IMG/VR virus record: IMGVR_UViG_3300028805_000086
Location: 1 to 64,000 of that record
Origin: a virus
Taxonomy: Duplodnaviria > Caudoviricetes
DNA: 64,000 nucleotides
Direction: 5' to 3' (one strand)
Shown: positions 56,489 to 64,000 of the stretch, one piece after another
How positions within the stretch are numbered: the stretch's first letter is position 1
How the letters are laid out: each line of letters begins with the position of its first letter
Made by a program: the position numbers and the translations under genes
Notes under the pieces: model-generated
What the model was told of the DNA's origin: nothing
What the model saw: the letters and a program-made list of their open reading frames with translations, nothing else
The model's database searches: none

Positions 56489-57580
56489 ATGGAAAAGATT
56501 TTTAAGGACTATCTGTTTCAGCATCATATTTTGGTGTCTGAAAAAGAAGGCACTATTGGTGAGGCCTTCAACACAATCACTGCTCTAGCGAATGTTTACA
56601 GTATTCGCATTGTTAAAGGAGCAAAATATGCTTGTGAGAGCATGCTGCAGGATGCAGCCGATAATTTAGGAGATCGTGTACCAGAACCATTTTACAGAAT
56701 GTTTCCTAACTCTGTCAGAGCGATGACACCGGATCAACTGCTGTACGATCAGCTTTATCACTATACTCAGACGTATGGCATGGGCTGGTTCGATGCTCCA
56801 GCGGGGCATTCTATTTTCGAAGAAGAGACTCCTTCAGAAATGGCGGATGAGTCTAATCGCGAAAAATTCTTCGATAAAATGGTCGTAGAAAAATCCGAGG
56901 CTAAGAATTTTGTGATCATGACCGAAGACGATGCCGTTGCTAAATTGGTTGAATATCTTCGTGAATTGATCGAAAGTCCTCGACCTCTCAATGAAGGGCA
57001 AATGCGTTTTCTTTACGAAGGATTCATCAAATATGATACGGCAATTACTGCTAATACGAATATTCCTTGTAAAAGAATCGCAGTTGAGCTTTTCTATCTG
57101 ACAAAGAGTATTGTATTTGCTAAAAAGCTTAAGCTTAGTGATACCATTAAGCTTGTTGAATATATTCAGAATAACTTGTATGGAAGTACCGATCTTAAGA
57201 AGCTTAATTTCAAGAATAAAGATCGGAAATTAATCACTGCTTTTATTGATTATCATCTTTCCGCTGAGCATTTTGAAGGTTATAAAGAAGTTCGGAAAGC
57301 CTTCAATCAGCGTAAAATTTGGTGCGGCTTGCTGCATCATATTCATTATAAACCGAAAGGCCGGATTGCTCAGAAGTTTGTAAAAGATATTCGTGAAGGC
57401 AAAAATCAGTCTTTGAATAGTGGTTTCGAGCGGTGTATGCGCCATGATCGACCTGTAGAAGCTGCTGAATACCTTAAGAACAATGAAGGAAGCGGTGCAC
57501 TTATGAGAAATATGAATTATATTCTCAGTCGCTGCAAGAACGACAAGGAGATTGAGGAGGTGATCTCATGTCTGGAGTAA
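56489..57580 (+). CDS. Alpha-helical TROVE/Ro-like protein (tentative), N-terminal half of a TerD-associated family
   Basis: EPFYRMFP, LYDQLYHY, LNFKNKDRKLI, GALMRNMNYIL; overlaps the next ORF. Confidence 0.6.
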   Translation: MEKIFKDYLFQHHILVSEKEGTIGEAFNTITALANVYSIRIVKGAKYACESMLQDAADNLGDRVPEPFYRMFPNSVRAMTPDQLLYDQLYHYTQTYGMGWFDAPAGHSIFEEETPSEMADESNREKFFDKMVVEKSEAKNFVIMTEDDAVAKLVEYLRELIESPRPLNEGQMRFLYEGFIKYDTAITANTNIPCKRIAVELFYLTKSIVFAKKLKLSDTIKLVEYIQNNLYGSTDLKKLNFKNKDRKLITAFIDYHLSAEHFEGYKEVRKAFNQRKIWCGLLHHIHYKPKGRIAQKFVKDIREGKNQSLNSGFERCMRHDRPVEAAEYLKNNEGSGALMRNMNYILSRCKNDKEIEEVISCLE

Positions 57581-58638
57581 ATCCTATTATTCTTATTCAG
57601 ATGCTGAATCAGTATCATAACTATAAAGAAGGGAATCGTATTTTCAGATTTGTTAAGAATAATCTTATGAAAGTGCATACTGAAACCGATAAAGAAATGG
57701 CTAAGCGCAAGTCTGTTCTTAGTAAGAAGACAAGAGATGTTGCAGCAAGGGCCATTCGGAATCGGCTTGACAAATACCTTGATGGCAAAATTGGGAATCT
57801 TTATATTTCTGATAAGATGAAGAATATTACAGTGCCGCTTCAGCTCAGTACGAGTGAAAGCGGTTATGGCGTTCTTTCTACAGGAAGTCGGATTGATATT
57901 CCTGAAGGCCGGTTTATCAGAGCATTCACTTATTGGGAAAAGGTAAACGACATTGATATTTCCGGATTTGCTATCAAGGAAAACGGGGAGCAAATGGAAT
58001 TTAGCTGGCGTAATATGTGGTATAAGCAAAGCGAAGAAATTTGCTTCAGTGGCGATGAAACTAACGGATATTATGGCGGAAGCGAATACTTCGATATTGA
58101 TCCAGAGTTATTCAAGAAAAATAATCCCGACTACAGATATATCGTATTCTGTGATAATATTTATACCAGTGGTGGTTCCATTCATTTTAAAGATTGCGAG
58201 GCAACTGGTGGCTTCATGATCCGTGAAAAGATGGAACCGAATACTCGTGGATACGGAAGCGAGGGAAAGACTTTCGAGATATTTGATCCGAAGACGGTAG
58301 AGACCTCGTTCAAACTGCAAAGTGATTCGTCATTCTGCTATATGTTTGCGATCGATCTCAAAAATAGGCAAATGGTTTGGCTTGATATTTCCAGAGAAGG
58401 AAATCATGCAATTGCCGGAGATACCAGTATGAGATGGCTGTTGAACTATATGTCCATGACAGAGGTATATAGCGTATACGATTTGTTTGTATCAATGTGC
58501 ACAAATCATGTAGAAAATCCGAAATACGCGGATATCCTGGTTACGGACGAACCTGATATCAAGCCGATCAAAGAAAATGCCATACTTATCCACAGCTGGG
58601 ATACTGAAAAAATATTTAAGTATCTTCAGGTTGGATAA
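57568..58638 (+). CDS. TerD-like domain protein
   Basis: GSRIDI...IRAFTYW...DIDISG...FSGDETNG...GSEYFDID...FDPKTV...IDLKNRQMVWLD. Confidence 0.7.
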   Translation: MSGVNPIILIQMLNQYHNYKEGNRIFRFVKNNLMKVHTETDKEMAKRKSVLSKKTRDVAARAIRNRLDKYLDGKIGNLYISDKMKNITVPLQLSTSESGYGVLSTGSRIDIPEGRFIRAFTYWEKVNDIDISGFAIKENGEQMEFSWRNMWYKQSEEICFSGDETNGYYGGSEYFDIDPELFKKNNPDYRYIVFCDNIYTSGGSIHFKDCEATGGFMIREKMEPNTRGYGSEGKTFEIFDPKTVETSFKLQSDSSFCYMFAIDLKNRQMVWLDISREGNHAIAGDTSMRWLLNYMSMTEVYSVYDLFVSMCTNHVENPKYADILVTDEPDIKPIKENAILIHSWDTEKIFKYLQVG

Positions 58639-58725
58639 AAAACTGTTCACTATTTGGAAAGTAGATAGCTGTGAACCCGCTAGATTGGCTGGTAATGATC
58701 ACTATCTATTCTCCATTTTTATCTG

Positions 58726-58764
58726 AAAAAAAGGGTGTGCAACCAGCATGCCCTTATTTTTTTT
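58726..58764 (+). terminator. Rho-independent terminator
   Basis: aagggtgtgc...gcatgccctt followed by a T tract. Confidence 0.7.
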
Positions 58765-58873
58765 GACTTTTATTTATGGTCATATTGACCGCGTACTAAA
58801 CACGTTTAGTAATGAAGGAACAATATAGTTCTTTCGGTCAAAAATACAAAAAAGAGAAAAGGAGTAATGAACT

Positions 58874-59242
58874 ATGGAAAGCAAGGTATTAAGTTATGTG
58901 TATTTTAAAGGGATTCAAACGGGATATAAAGACGTGACAGTACCTGACCCCGGACGGTATATGAAAAATCTACATAGGATTGAGGCAAATGGATTTTTTA
59001 AATATATCGATTATGCGGGCCAGTTTACCGCAACGATCGAAGGAAAACCCGGTATTTATTATGGATATAGCATTATTGCTAATAGAGAAATTACAAAAGA
59101 AATATTAAATTTGATCGACTATGACTATTCAGAGTCCTTCGATATGGAAACTAATGAAAAATTAGATAAAGATTTAGGAACATTTGATGACTATTTGAAA
59201 GAAATAGCAGACGAAATTTGGTCTGAAGTGACCAGAAAATAA
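58874..59242 (+). CDS. Hypothetical protein
   Basis: aaggag RBS. Confidence 0.7.
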   Translation: MESKVLSYVYFKGIQTGYKDVTVPDPGRYMKNLHRIEANGFFKYIDYAGQFTATIEGKPGIYYGYSIIANREITKEILNLIDYDYSESFDMETNEKLDKDLGTFDDYLKEIADEIWSEVTRK

Positions 59243-59257
59243 AAGGAGGAAATTACT

Positions 59258-59740
59258 ATGGAAATCATGGGAATTCTGAAAGAATTGGAGCTCGAATTGG
59301 TTGAGCAGAAAACCCTGCTGGATGAGCAGGAAACAAAACTCGCGGAATGCGAGAGAATTGCCGAAGAGGCACTTGCGGCGGTTGACGCCGTGACTAAGAT
59401 GCGTAATTGCATCAAGGAGCGCTATGAAGCGCTGGCAAAGGCCAAGGAGGCCTTAAGCGGGATTGATATCCCGACGGAAATAAAAGAAATCGAGGAAAAA
59501 ACCACTGAAAAGGTGGAAAAGACAGGAAAGACGAAGCGGATCAAACAGATCCAGTGGACCCGTAAGAACGGGACATTAGTCCGGTATGACCGGAACGGAA
59601 AAGAAATGCAAAAGTTTGTGTCGCAGAAAGCGGCAGCAAGAGAACTGGGATGGGACCAGTCAAGTATGAGCATTTTTGTGCGTCTTAAGCCGGAAGAGCA
59701 GATCCGGCGTAAAGGATTTTACTTTAGGTGGATCCCGTAA
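59258..59740 (+). CDS. Coiled-coil protein with NUMOD1-like HTH
   Basis: RYDRNGKEMQKFVSQKAAARELG...GFYFRW. Confidence 0.7.
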   Translation: MEIMGILKELELELVEQKTLLDEQETKLAECERIAEEALAAVDAVTKMRNCIKERYEALAKAKEALSGIDIPTEIKEIEEKTTEKVEKTGKTKRIKQIQWTRKNGTLVRYDRNGKEMQKFVSQKAAARELGWDQSSMSIFVRLKPEEQIRRKGFYFRWIP

Positions 59741-59843
59741 TGGGATCCGGTATAAAGGTGAGTGCGGTTTGTGCTTGCCTTTATATTTTTTCGCGTAAGG
59801 AACATTTCTCTATATGAGAAATGAAAGAAAGGAGGTGAAAGCA

Positions 59844-60176
59844 ATGTTTGTTAACCTGACACCCCATGCGATTAACATCGTAGATGAGGCGAATCAGGTC
59901 ATCAGGACCTTCGTTTCGGAGGGAGTGGCTCGTGCCGCCCAAAGAACCGAACTCGTCGGCGAGATCGACGGAGTACGGATCACGAAGAGCGCTTTCGGAG
60001 AACCGGTAGATTTACCGGAGTACCGAGATGGCGTTTTTCTGATCGTATCTCTGGCTACGGTCAACGCCGCTCGAGCTTTCGGTCGTCGGGTGGACGATCT
60101 GCTCATTACGAACGAGGCCGTTCGTGATGACCAGGGTCACATCATCGGGTGCCGATCGCTGGGCAGGGTGGATTAA
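59844..60176 (+). CDS. Conserved-looking hypothetical protein
   Basis: VNLTPHAINI...LPE...LIVS...VRDDQGHIIGCRSL; locally GC-rich. Confidence 0.75.
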   Translation: MFVNLTPHAINIVDEANQVIRTFVSEGVARAAQRTELVGEIDGVRITKSAFGEPVDLPEYRDGVFLIVSLATVNAARAFGRRVDDLLITNEAVRDDQGHIIGCRSLGRVD

Positions 60177-60278
60177 GGCAGGCAAGCATGCCTCCACCTT
60201 TTTTTCGCGTAAGGAACACGCACATAAATAGAAAGGAATAAAAACGTTCCTTTTATATTTTTGAAAGGAGAAAGGACC

Positions 60279-60782
60279 ATGCAACAAAGTAAAAAATGGT
60301 ACTCAGAAAGGAACTCAAAGATTTTTCAACGTTATGAAAAAGGAGGCATAACGCTGGACAAACTGGCAAGTGAGTATGAAGTTACTCGTGGACGAATTTC
60401 TCAAATAGTTAATGAAGAAAAAAGCAAACGTAAGAAAATGGACACAATGGTATTTAAACAGGGAGAATGTGTTTCGTTAAGAGATCGCATGGTTGCGGTC
60501 TTTTCTTTTATTGATAATGAAGAATCAAAAGAAAAAATGAGCACTGCAAATGTGAAAAGTTCAATATACTGCGTTTTTAGATATTTAAAATTTAATCGTA
60601 ACATTGCTAATCCGAAAGAAGTATTGAATGAATTTCTTAAGTTTAGGTACGAGGATCTTATTAAGATAAGGAATGTCGGTATTAGAAAAGCATATATTAT
60701 CCAGCGGATTCAAGATGAAATTGAGTCTAACTGGGATAAATATGAAATGTTGTTGACTAAAAATTGTGTAATTGTATGCTGA
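60279..60782 (+). CDS. Sigma-region-4-like HTH + alpha-CTD-like protein
   Basis: ERNSKIF...TLDKLASEYEVTRGRISQIV; DLIKIRNVGIRK. Confidence 0.6.
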   Translation: MQQSKKWYSERNSKIFQRYEKGGITLDKLASEYEVTRGRISQIVNEEKSKRKKMDTMVFKQGECVSLRDRMVAVFSFIDNEESKEKMSTANVKSSIYCVFRYLKFNRNIANPKEVLNEFLKFRYEDLIKIRNVGIRKAYIIQRIQDEIESNWDKYEMLLTKNCVIVC

Positions 60783-60806
60783 AAATTCGAAAGGAGAACT
60801 ATATTT

Positions 60807-61031
60807 ATGAATCTTATTAAATGCAACAAATCAGATTGTTTTCAGAACTATTGTGGAACTAGCTGTAGACTTCTCAATGCGCCTATAACTGATCATGCAT
60901 GTCCGTTTTATAAAACAGAAGCAGAAGTTGATAATGGGCGCATCAAAACACACAATATACTTCTTGAAAAAGGTCGTAAAGATCTGATAGAGCAATATGA
61001 ATACAATCCTTACAGGAGGGGGAGCTGGTGA
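60807..61031 (+). CDS. Cys-rich hypothetical protein
   Basis: DCF...CRLL...CPFYKT. Confidence 0.7.
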   Translation: MNLIKCNKSDCFQNYCGTSCRLLNAPITDHACPFYKTEAEVDNGRIKTHNILLEKGRKDLIEQYEYNPYRRGSW

Positions 61032-61288
61032 TGGAAAACTGGCATCCTGGAACTCAACCGCCTTCCGCTGGTGGGAAATATTTAGTTCTTATTAAGCTAA
61101 CGAAGAGCGTTAATAATGAGTTTGATATTGCTGAATATTATCCGGCACTAGATAAATGGAGACCGTTAACTTACATTGGAACGGTTATATGGTGGACCAA
61201 ATTGCCAAGTAAAAGGCAGTTTGAACTTGCTCGCATCGCGAACACTTCTATAAATGAGAGAAAGCCAATTGAAAGGAGAAGAGTATGA
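61028..61288 (+). CDS. DUF551-like protein
   Basis: WHPGTQPP...YLVL...VIWWTKLP. Confidence 0.6.
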   Translation: MMENWHPGTQPPSAGGKYLVLIKLTKSVNNEFDIAEYYPALDKWRPLTYIGTVIWWTKLPSKRQFELARIANTSINERKPIERRRV

Positions 61289-61653
61289 AAAAGAAGTGGC
61301 AAAGGATTAAAGGTTTTTTTGGTTTTTTGAAGACCAAAATCAAAAAAATAAAGATTTTCACTTGGCGAACTGATATGAGAGAATTGCAGGACAATATTAA
61401 GAAATTGCATGCAGCGAGGAAACAGGTTGAAAAAGGAAGCGACACATATGAGAAATTACAATGCGAATTAAAAACGGAATATGAACTGCTTAAGAAATTG
61501 AAGGAAAGTAAGCATTCAGTTCCGCCGCAAATCACAGCAACTCTCTGTGTGGTTGGAACAATAGCATTCTTCGCTATATGCTTAGACCAGGAGAGTCCCA
61601 AGGCTCTTAAGTTGGCCCAATTTGTGGTTAAATTATTTAAATTAGGAGGTTGA
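61285..61653 (+). CDS. Hypothetical protein with C-terminal hydrophobic segment
   Basis: gaaaggag RBS; after motif 61231. Confidence 0.7.
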   Translation: MKKKWQRIKGFFGFLKTKIKKIKIFTWRTDMRELQDNIKKLHAARKQVEKGSDTYEKLQCELKTEYELLKKLKESKHSVPPQITATLCVVGTIAFFAICLDQESPKALKLAQFVVKLFKLGG

Positions 61654-61764
61654 GAAAAGAAAAAACTTTAATGGCTATTTATATTTGGATGACTTTCTCT
61701 CAATTGAGGACAAGGTAAAAACATGCCTTGTCCTCTTTTTATATTTTTAGAAAGGACAATATTT

Positions 61765-62019
61765 ATGAGCAGAGCACTTAGATGTGATCAATGCAAAAAC
61801 TTTTTTGATCCGCTTGAATCTGGTGTTTTCACAAATGAAAGGCTTCATATAACAAATTTGGAAATAATGGACCCTGTTGGAACAAAAAATAATCAATTTG
61901 TAAAGCAACTTACAAATCTTGATTTTTGTCCTCAGTGTTCAAATAAACTTTTTAAATGGTTTGCTGGAAAAGCAAAAATAGTGGAGGATGAACAAAATGA
62001 TGAGCATTATGCGGAATGA
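61765..62019 (+). CDS. Zn-finger protein
   Basis: CDQC...DFCPQC. Confidence 0.7.
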   Translation: MSRALRCDQCKNFFDPLESGVFTNERLHITNLEIMDPVGTKNNQFVKQLTNLDFCPQCSNKLFKWFAGKAKIVEDEQNDEHYAE

Positions 62020-62132
62020 TTCCGGCCATTACGAAATGTATATCGATGATAAATTTTATGGTAGTTACGACACGGTTAGTGATGCTGCACGAGATTACGA
62101 CGAATATATCGAGAATAAGGAGGACACACCCG

Positions 62133-62660
62133 ATGCAGTTTAGAGATCCTACGGCAGTTATTGTACGATTGATAATTATTACAATATTGGCCATCATTGT
62201 TCTTGGTTTGTTTTCGTCGTATTTGGGAGTTGATCAAGTGGCATCTGAATCAGTTACTACTCATGAGATGTTTGTTATATGCAGATCTGATGACTATATT
62301 CATATAAGGCTTAAACCTTCGAAAAAGAGTCAGTCAATTGGCTGGCTGGAATGCGGTGACTCTGTAATGTGCGATGGCAAAGAAAAGAATGGTTTTACAC
62401 ATGTGATCGGCGTTACTGAATACGATGAAGGATGGGTATATACTGGATATTTAGTCGATGAGCCGCCTATTGATAGCGGAGAAGCTCCATATTATATTTG
62501 CTCGAATGCCCGAGTTGCTTGCCGAAAAAGTATAGATGGCAAACGTCGTTGCTGGGCAAATCCAATGGAAACCTTGAAGGTGCTATTTTATACAGATGAA
62601 TGGTGCTTAACTAATAAAGGTTTTGTACAAACAAGATATTTGGATCCCGATCCGGAATAA
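62133..62660 (+). CDS. Membrane-anchored SH3-like domain protein
   Basis: TM then IHIRLKPS...IGWL...EGWVYTGYL and a second repeat GFVQTRYL; aggagg RBS. Confidence 0.7.
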   Translation: MQFRDPTAVIVRLIIITILAIIVLGLFSSYLGVDQVASESVTTHEMFVICRSDDYIHIRLKPSKKSQSIGWLECGDSVMCDGKEKNGFTHVIGVTEYDEGWVYTGYLVDEPPIDSGEAPYYICSNARVACRKSIDGKRRCWANPMETLKVLFYTDEWCLTNKGFVQTRYLDPDPE

Positions 62661-62675
62661 AAAGGAGAAATAAAA

Positions 62676-62930
62676 ATGACGATTGGTATTGATGAATTCT
62701 GTAATGAGCTTAAAATTCAAAAAGAACATGGGCAATTTCGTTGTTTCAGACCGCAGTTTTATAAAACAATAGCTAAGGACGGAAAGGCTATTTATAACTT
62801 TAGTGATGGTTCCGGTGTAATCAAGCAGTTTAAACTTATGCCAGAATATGAAGAAACCTGGACTCGTACTGTGGATACTACAGTGGAGCCCGCAACCTAT
62901 ACGTTATGGAATACTTATAAGGTTTGGTAA
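62676..62930 (+). CDS. Hypothetical protein
   Basis: aaggag RBS. Confidence 0.65.
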   Translation: MTIGIDEFCNELKIQKEHGQFRCFRPQFYKTIAKDGKAIYNFSDGSGVIKQFKLMPEYEETWTRTVDTTVEPATYTLWNTYKVW

Positions 62931-62965
62931 TTAATTGATATTTCTGAAAGGAGAAATAAAAGACC

Positions 62966-63907
62966 ATGGCACGTATAACTACTAAAGACATTATGGAGAA
63001 ATGCAATGTTAAAGTCCAAACTATTTATAATTGGATCAAAGAAGGTCAGCTTCATGGTATTCAGGTTGGCAATGGAAAACTGAAAAAATGGGAGTTTGAA
63101 GAAGAGGAATTTAATCGGTTTCTTCGTGAAGGAAATTATCCAGGAAAAGCCGATTATATTAAAACGAGCGAGTCTTTTACAAGAACGCCCAACGTTGAAG
63201 AATGTTATCCTGTTAACTTGTTGATGGCTGTTATGAATATCAATTCAGACAGAGATCCGATGGATGAAATTTGGAATTATGATATTCGTGCTTTCAAAGA
63301 AGTTATTAATAGTAAACTTACTGATCGTGAACAGAAAGTAATCAGTATGCGCTATCAATTTGGTGCATCGTTATACGAAGCAGGAAAAGCATTTGACGTT
63401 ACTAAAGAGCGTATACGACAAATCGAAGCAAAGGCTCTGCGTAAGCTTGCGCATTATAGCAGAGAAAATGAAAGATGTATTCTTATTTCTAGAGATAAAT
63501 ATGATGAGCTTAATAGTAAGTATACTAAATTGCTCGTCAGTTATGAGCGGGAATTGGCAAAGAACCACGAGAATACCAACATATTAGACACGATTGATAT
63601 TTGCGAGTTAGATTTGTCAGTTCGTCCGTACAATTGTCTTAAACGGGCAAGTATTAACACGCTCCAGGATATTATGGAGTTTGACAAAAACCAGGAAACC
63701 AAACGTAATTGGCTTACAATCAGAAATCTTGGACGAAGAAGTTTGTATGAAATAGCCTATAAAGTGTTTGATTATTGTGGATATAATATTCATCACCTTA
63801 ATGGCGAAGAAATTAAGGAAGGAGATTCTTATTATGGCCAGCAAGCGTACCAAAGAGCAGTGTATCACTTGGCTGAAAAGCGTAGCGGCGGACAAGAACA
63901 GCCTTGA
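62966..63907 (+). CDS. Excisionase-like HTH + sigma-70 region 4 + RNA polymerase alpha-CTD fusion
   Basis: VQTIYNWIKEGQL; LTDREQKVISMRY...VTKERIRQIEAKALRKL; LDLSVRPYNCLKRASINTL...IRNLGRRSLYEI. Confidence 0.85.
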   Translation: MARITTKDIMEKCNVKVQTIYNWIKEGQLHGIQVGNGKLKKWEFEEEEFNRFLREGNYPGKADYIKTSESFTRTPNVEECYPVNLLMAVMNINSDRDPMDEIWNYDIRAFKEVINSKLTDREQKVISMRYQFGASLYEAGKAFDVTKERIRQIEAKALRKLAHYSRENERCILISRDKYDELNSKYTKLLVSYERELAKNHENTNILDTIDICELDLSVRPYNCLKRASINTLQDIMEFDKNQETKRNWLTIRNLGRRSLYEIAYKVFDYCGYNIHHLNGEEIKEGDSYYGQQAYQRAVYHLAEKRSGGQEQP

Positions 63908-64000
63908 CGGTATTAATGCAGAATTATGTTTAAATTTAATCGACGAGCAAAAGAACAGATTAGATAAATTAGGAATGCAGTTTCATCAATTACAAACTGA

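Larger units (their letters stand above)
41265..61256 (+). promoter_or_regulatory. 33 copies of the motif YCGC-N6-AACAY-N7-WATR (putative phage promoter)
   Basis: Starts at 41265, 41511, 41744, 41995, 42238, 42789, 43309, 43447, 43666, 43872, 44211, 44534, 44926, 45309 (TCGT variant), 46862, 47334, 48355, 48649, 49120, 49599, 49865, 50239, 50664, 50927, 51239, 51635, 52012, 53837, 55365, 58789, 59791, 60205, 61231. All are on the + strand, upstream of an RBS or a structured RNA. Confidence 0.85.

Noticed and set aside
1-64000. Alternative genetic code
   Set aside because: Genes are intact and densely packed under the standard code, and all three stop codons are used as stops.

Overview
The window is about 64 kb of a tailed-phage (siphovirus-like) genome. 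It has Firmicutes-type Shine-Dalgarno sites, and essentially all genes lie on the + strand. 0.3-32.5 kb is the virion module: HNH nuclease, head-tail connector, terminase, four basic proteins sharing an 'LxH(H/Y)GxxG(Q/M)xW' N-terminus, portal, a protease-capsid fusion with a -1 frameshift signal, tail genes, a 3877-aa tape measure and tail-fibre genes. 32.6-38.3 kb holds a six-gene module of unknown function and further fibre-like genes. 38.4-41.3 kb is lysis. 41.3-64 kb is an accessory region of small genes and non-coding units, many preceded by one of 33 copies of a rigidly spaced motif (YCGC-N6-AACAY-N7-WATR) and closed by hairpins with AAAC-containing loops. It includes a tyrosine integrase with a tRNA-Lys(CTT)-derived attP and two sigma-region-4/alpha-CTD-like proteins. 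The strongest candidate for an undescribed system is a tandem array of six structured RNAs at 55968-56462. All six have the same fold, covarying stems, an invariant AGCUA bulge and a UACU(U/A)C loop start, and they lie directly upstream of a TROVE-like + TerD-like gene pair. Other highlights: three promoter-driven non-coding RNA units, 13 same-strand exact copies of TCAAAATGGAAG, tRNA-like elements and anti-SD-loop hairpins. All product calls come from motif recognition by eye; no database searches were run.
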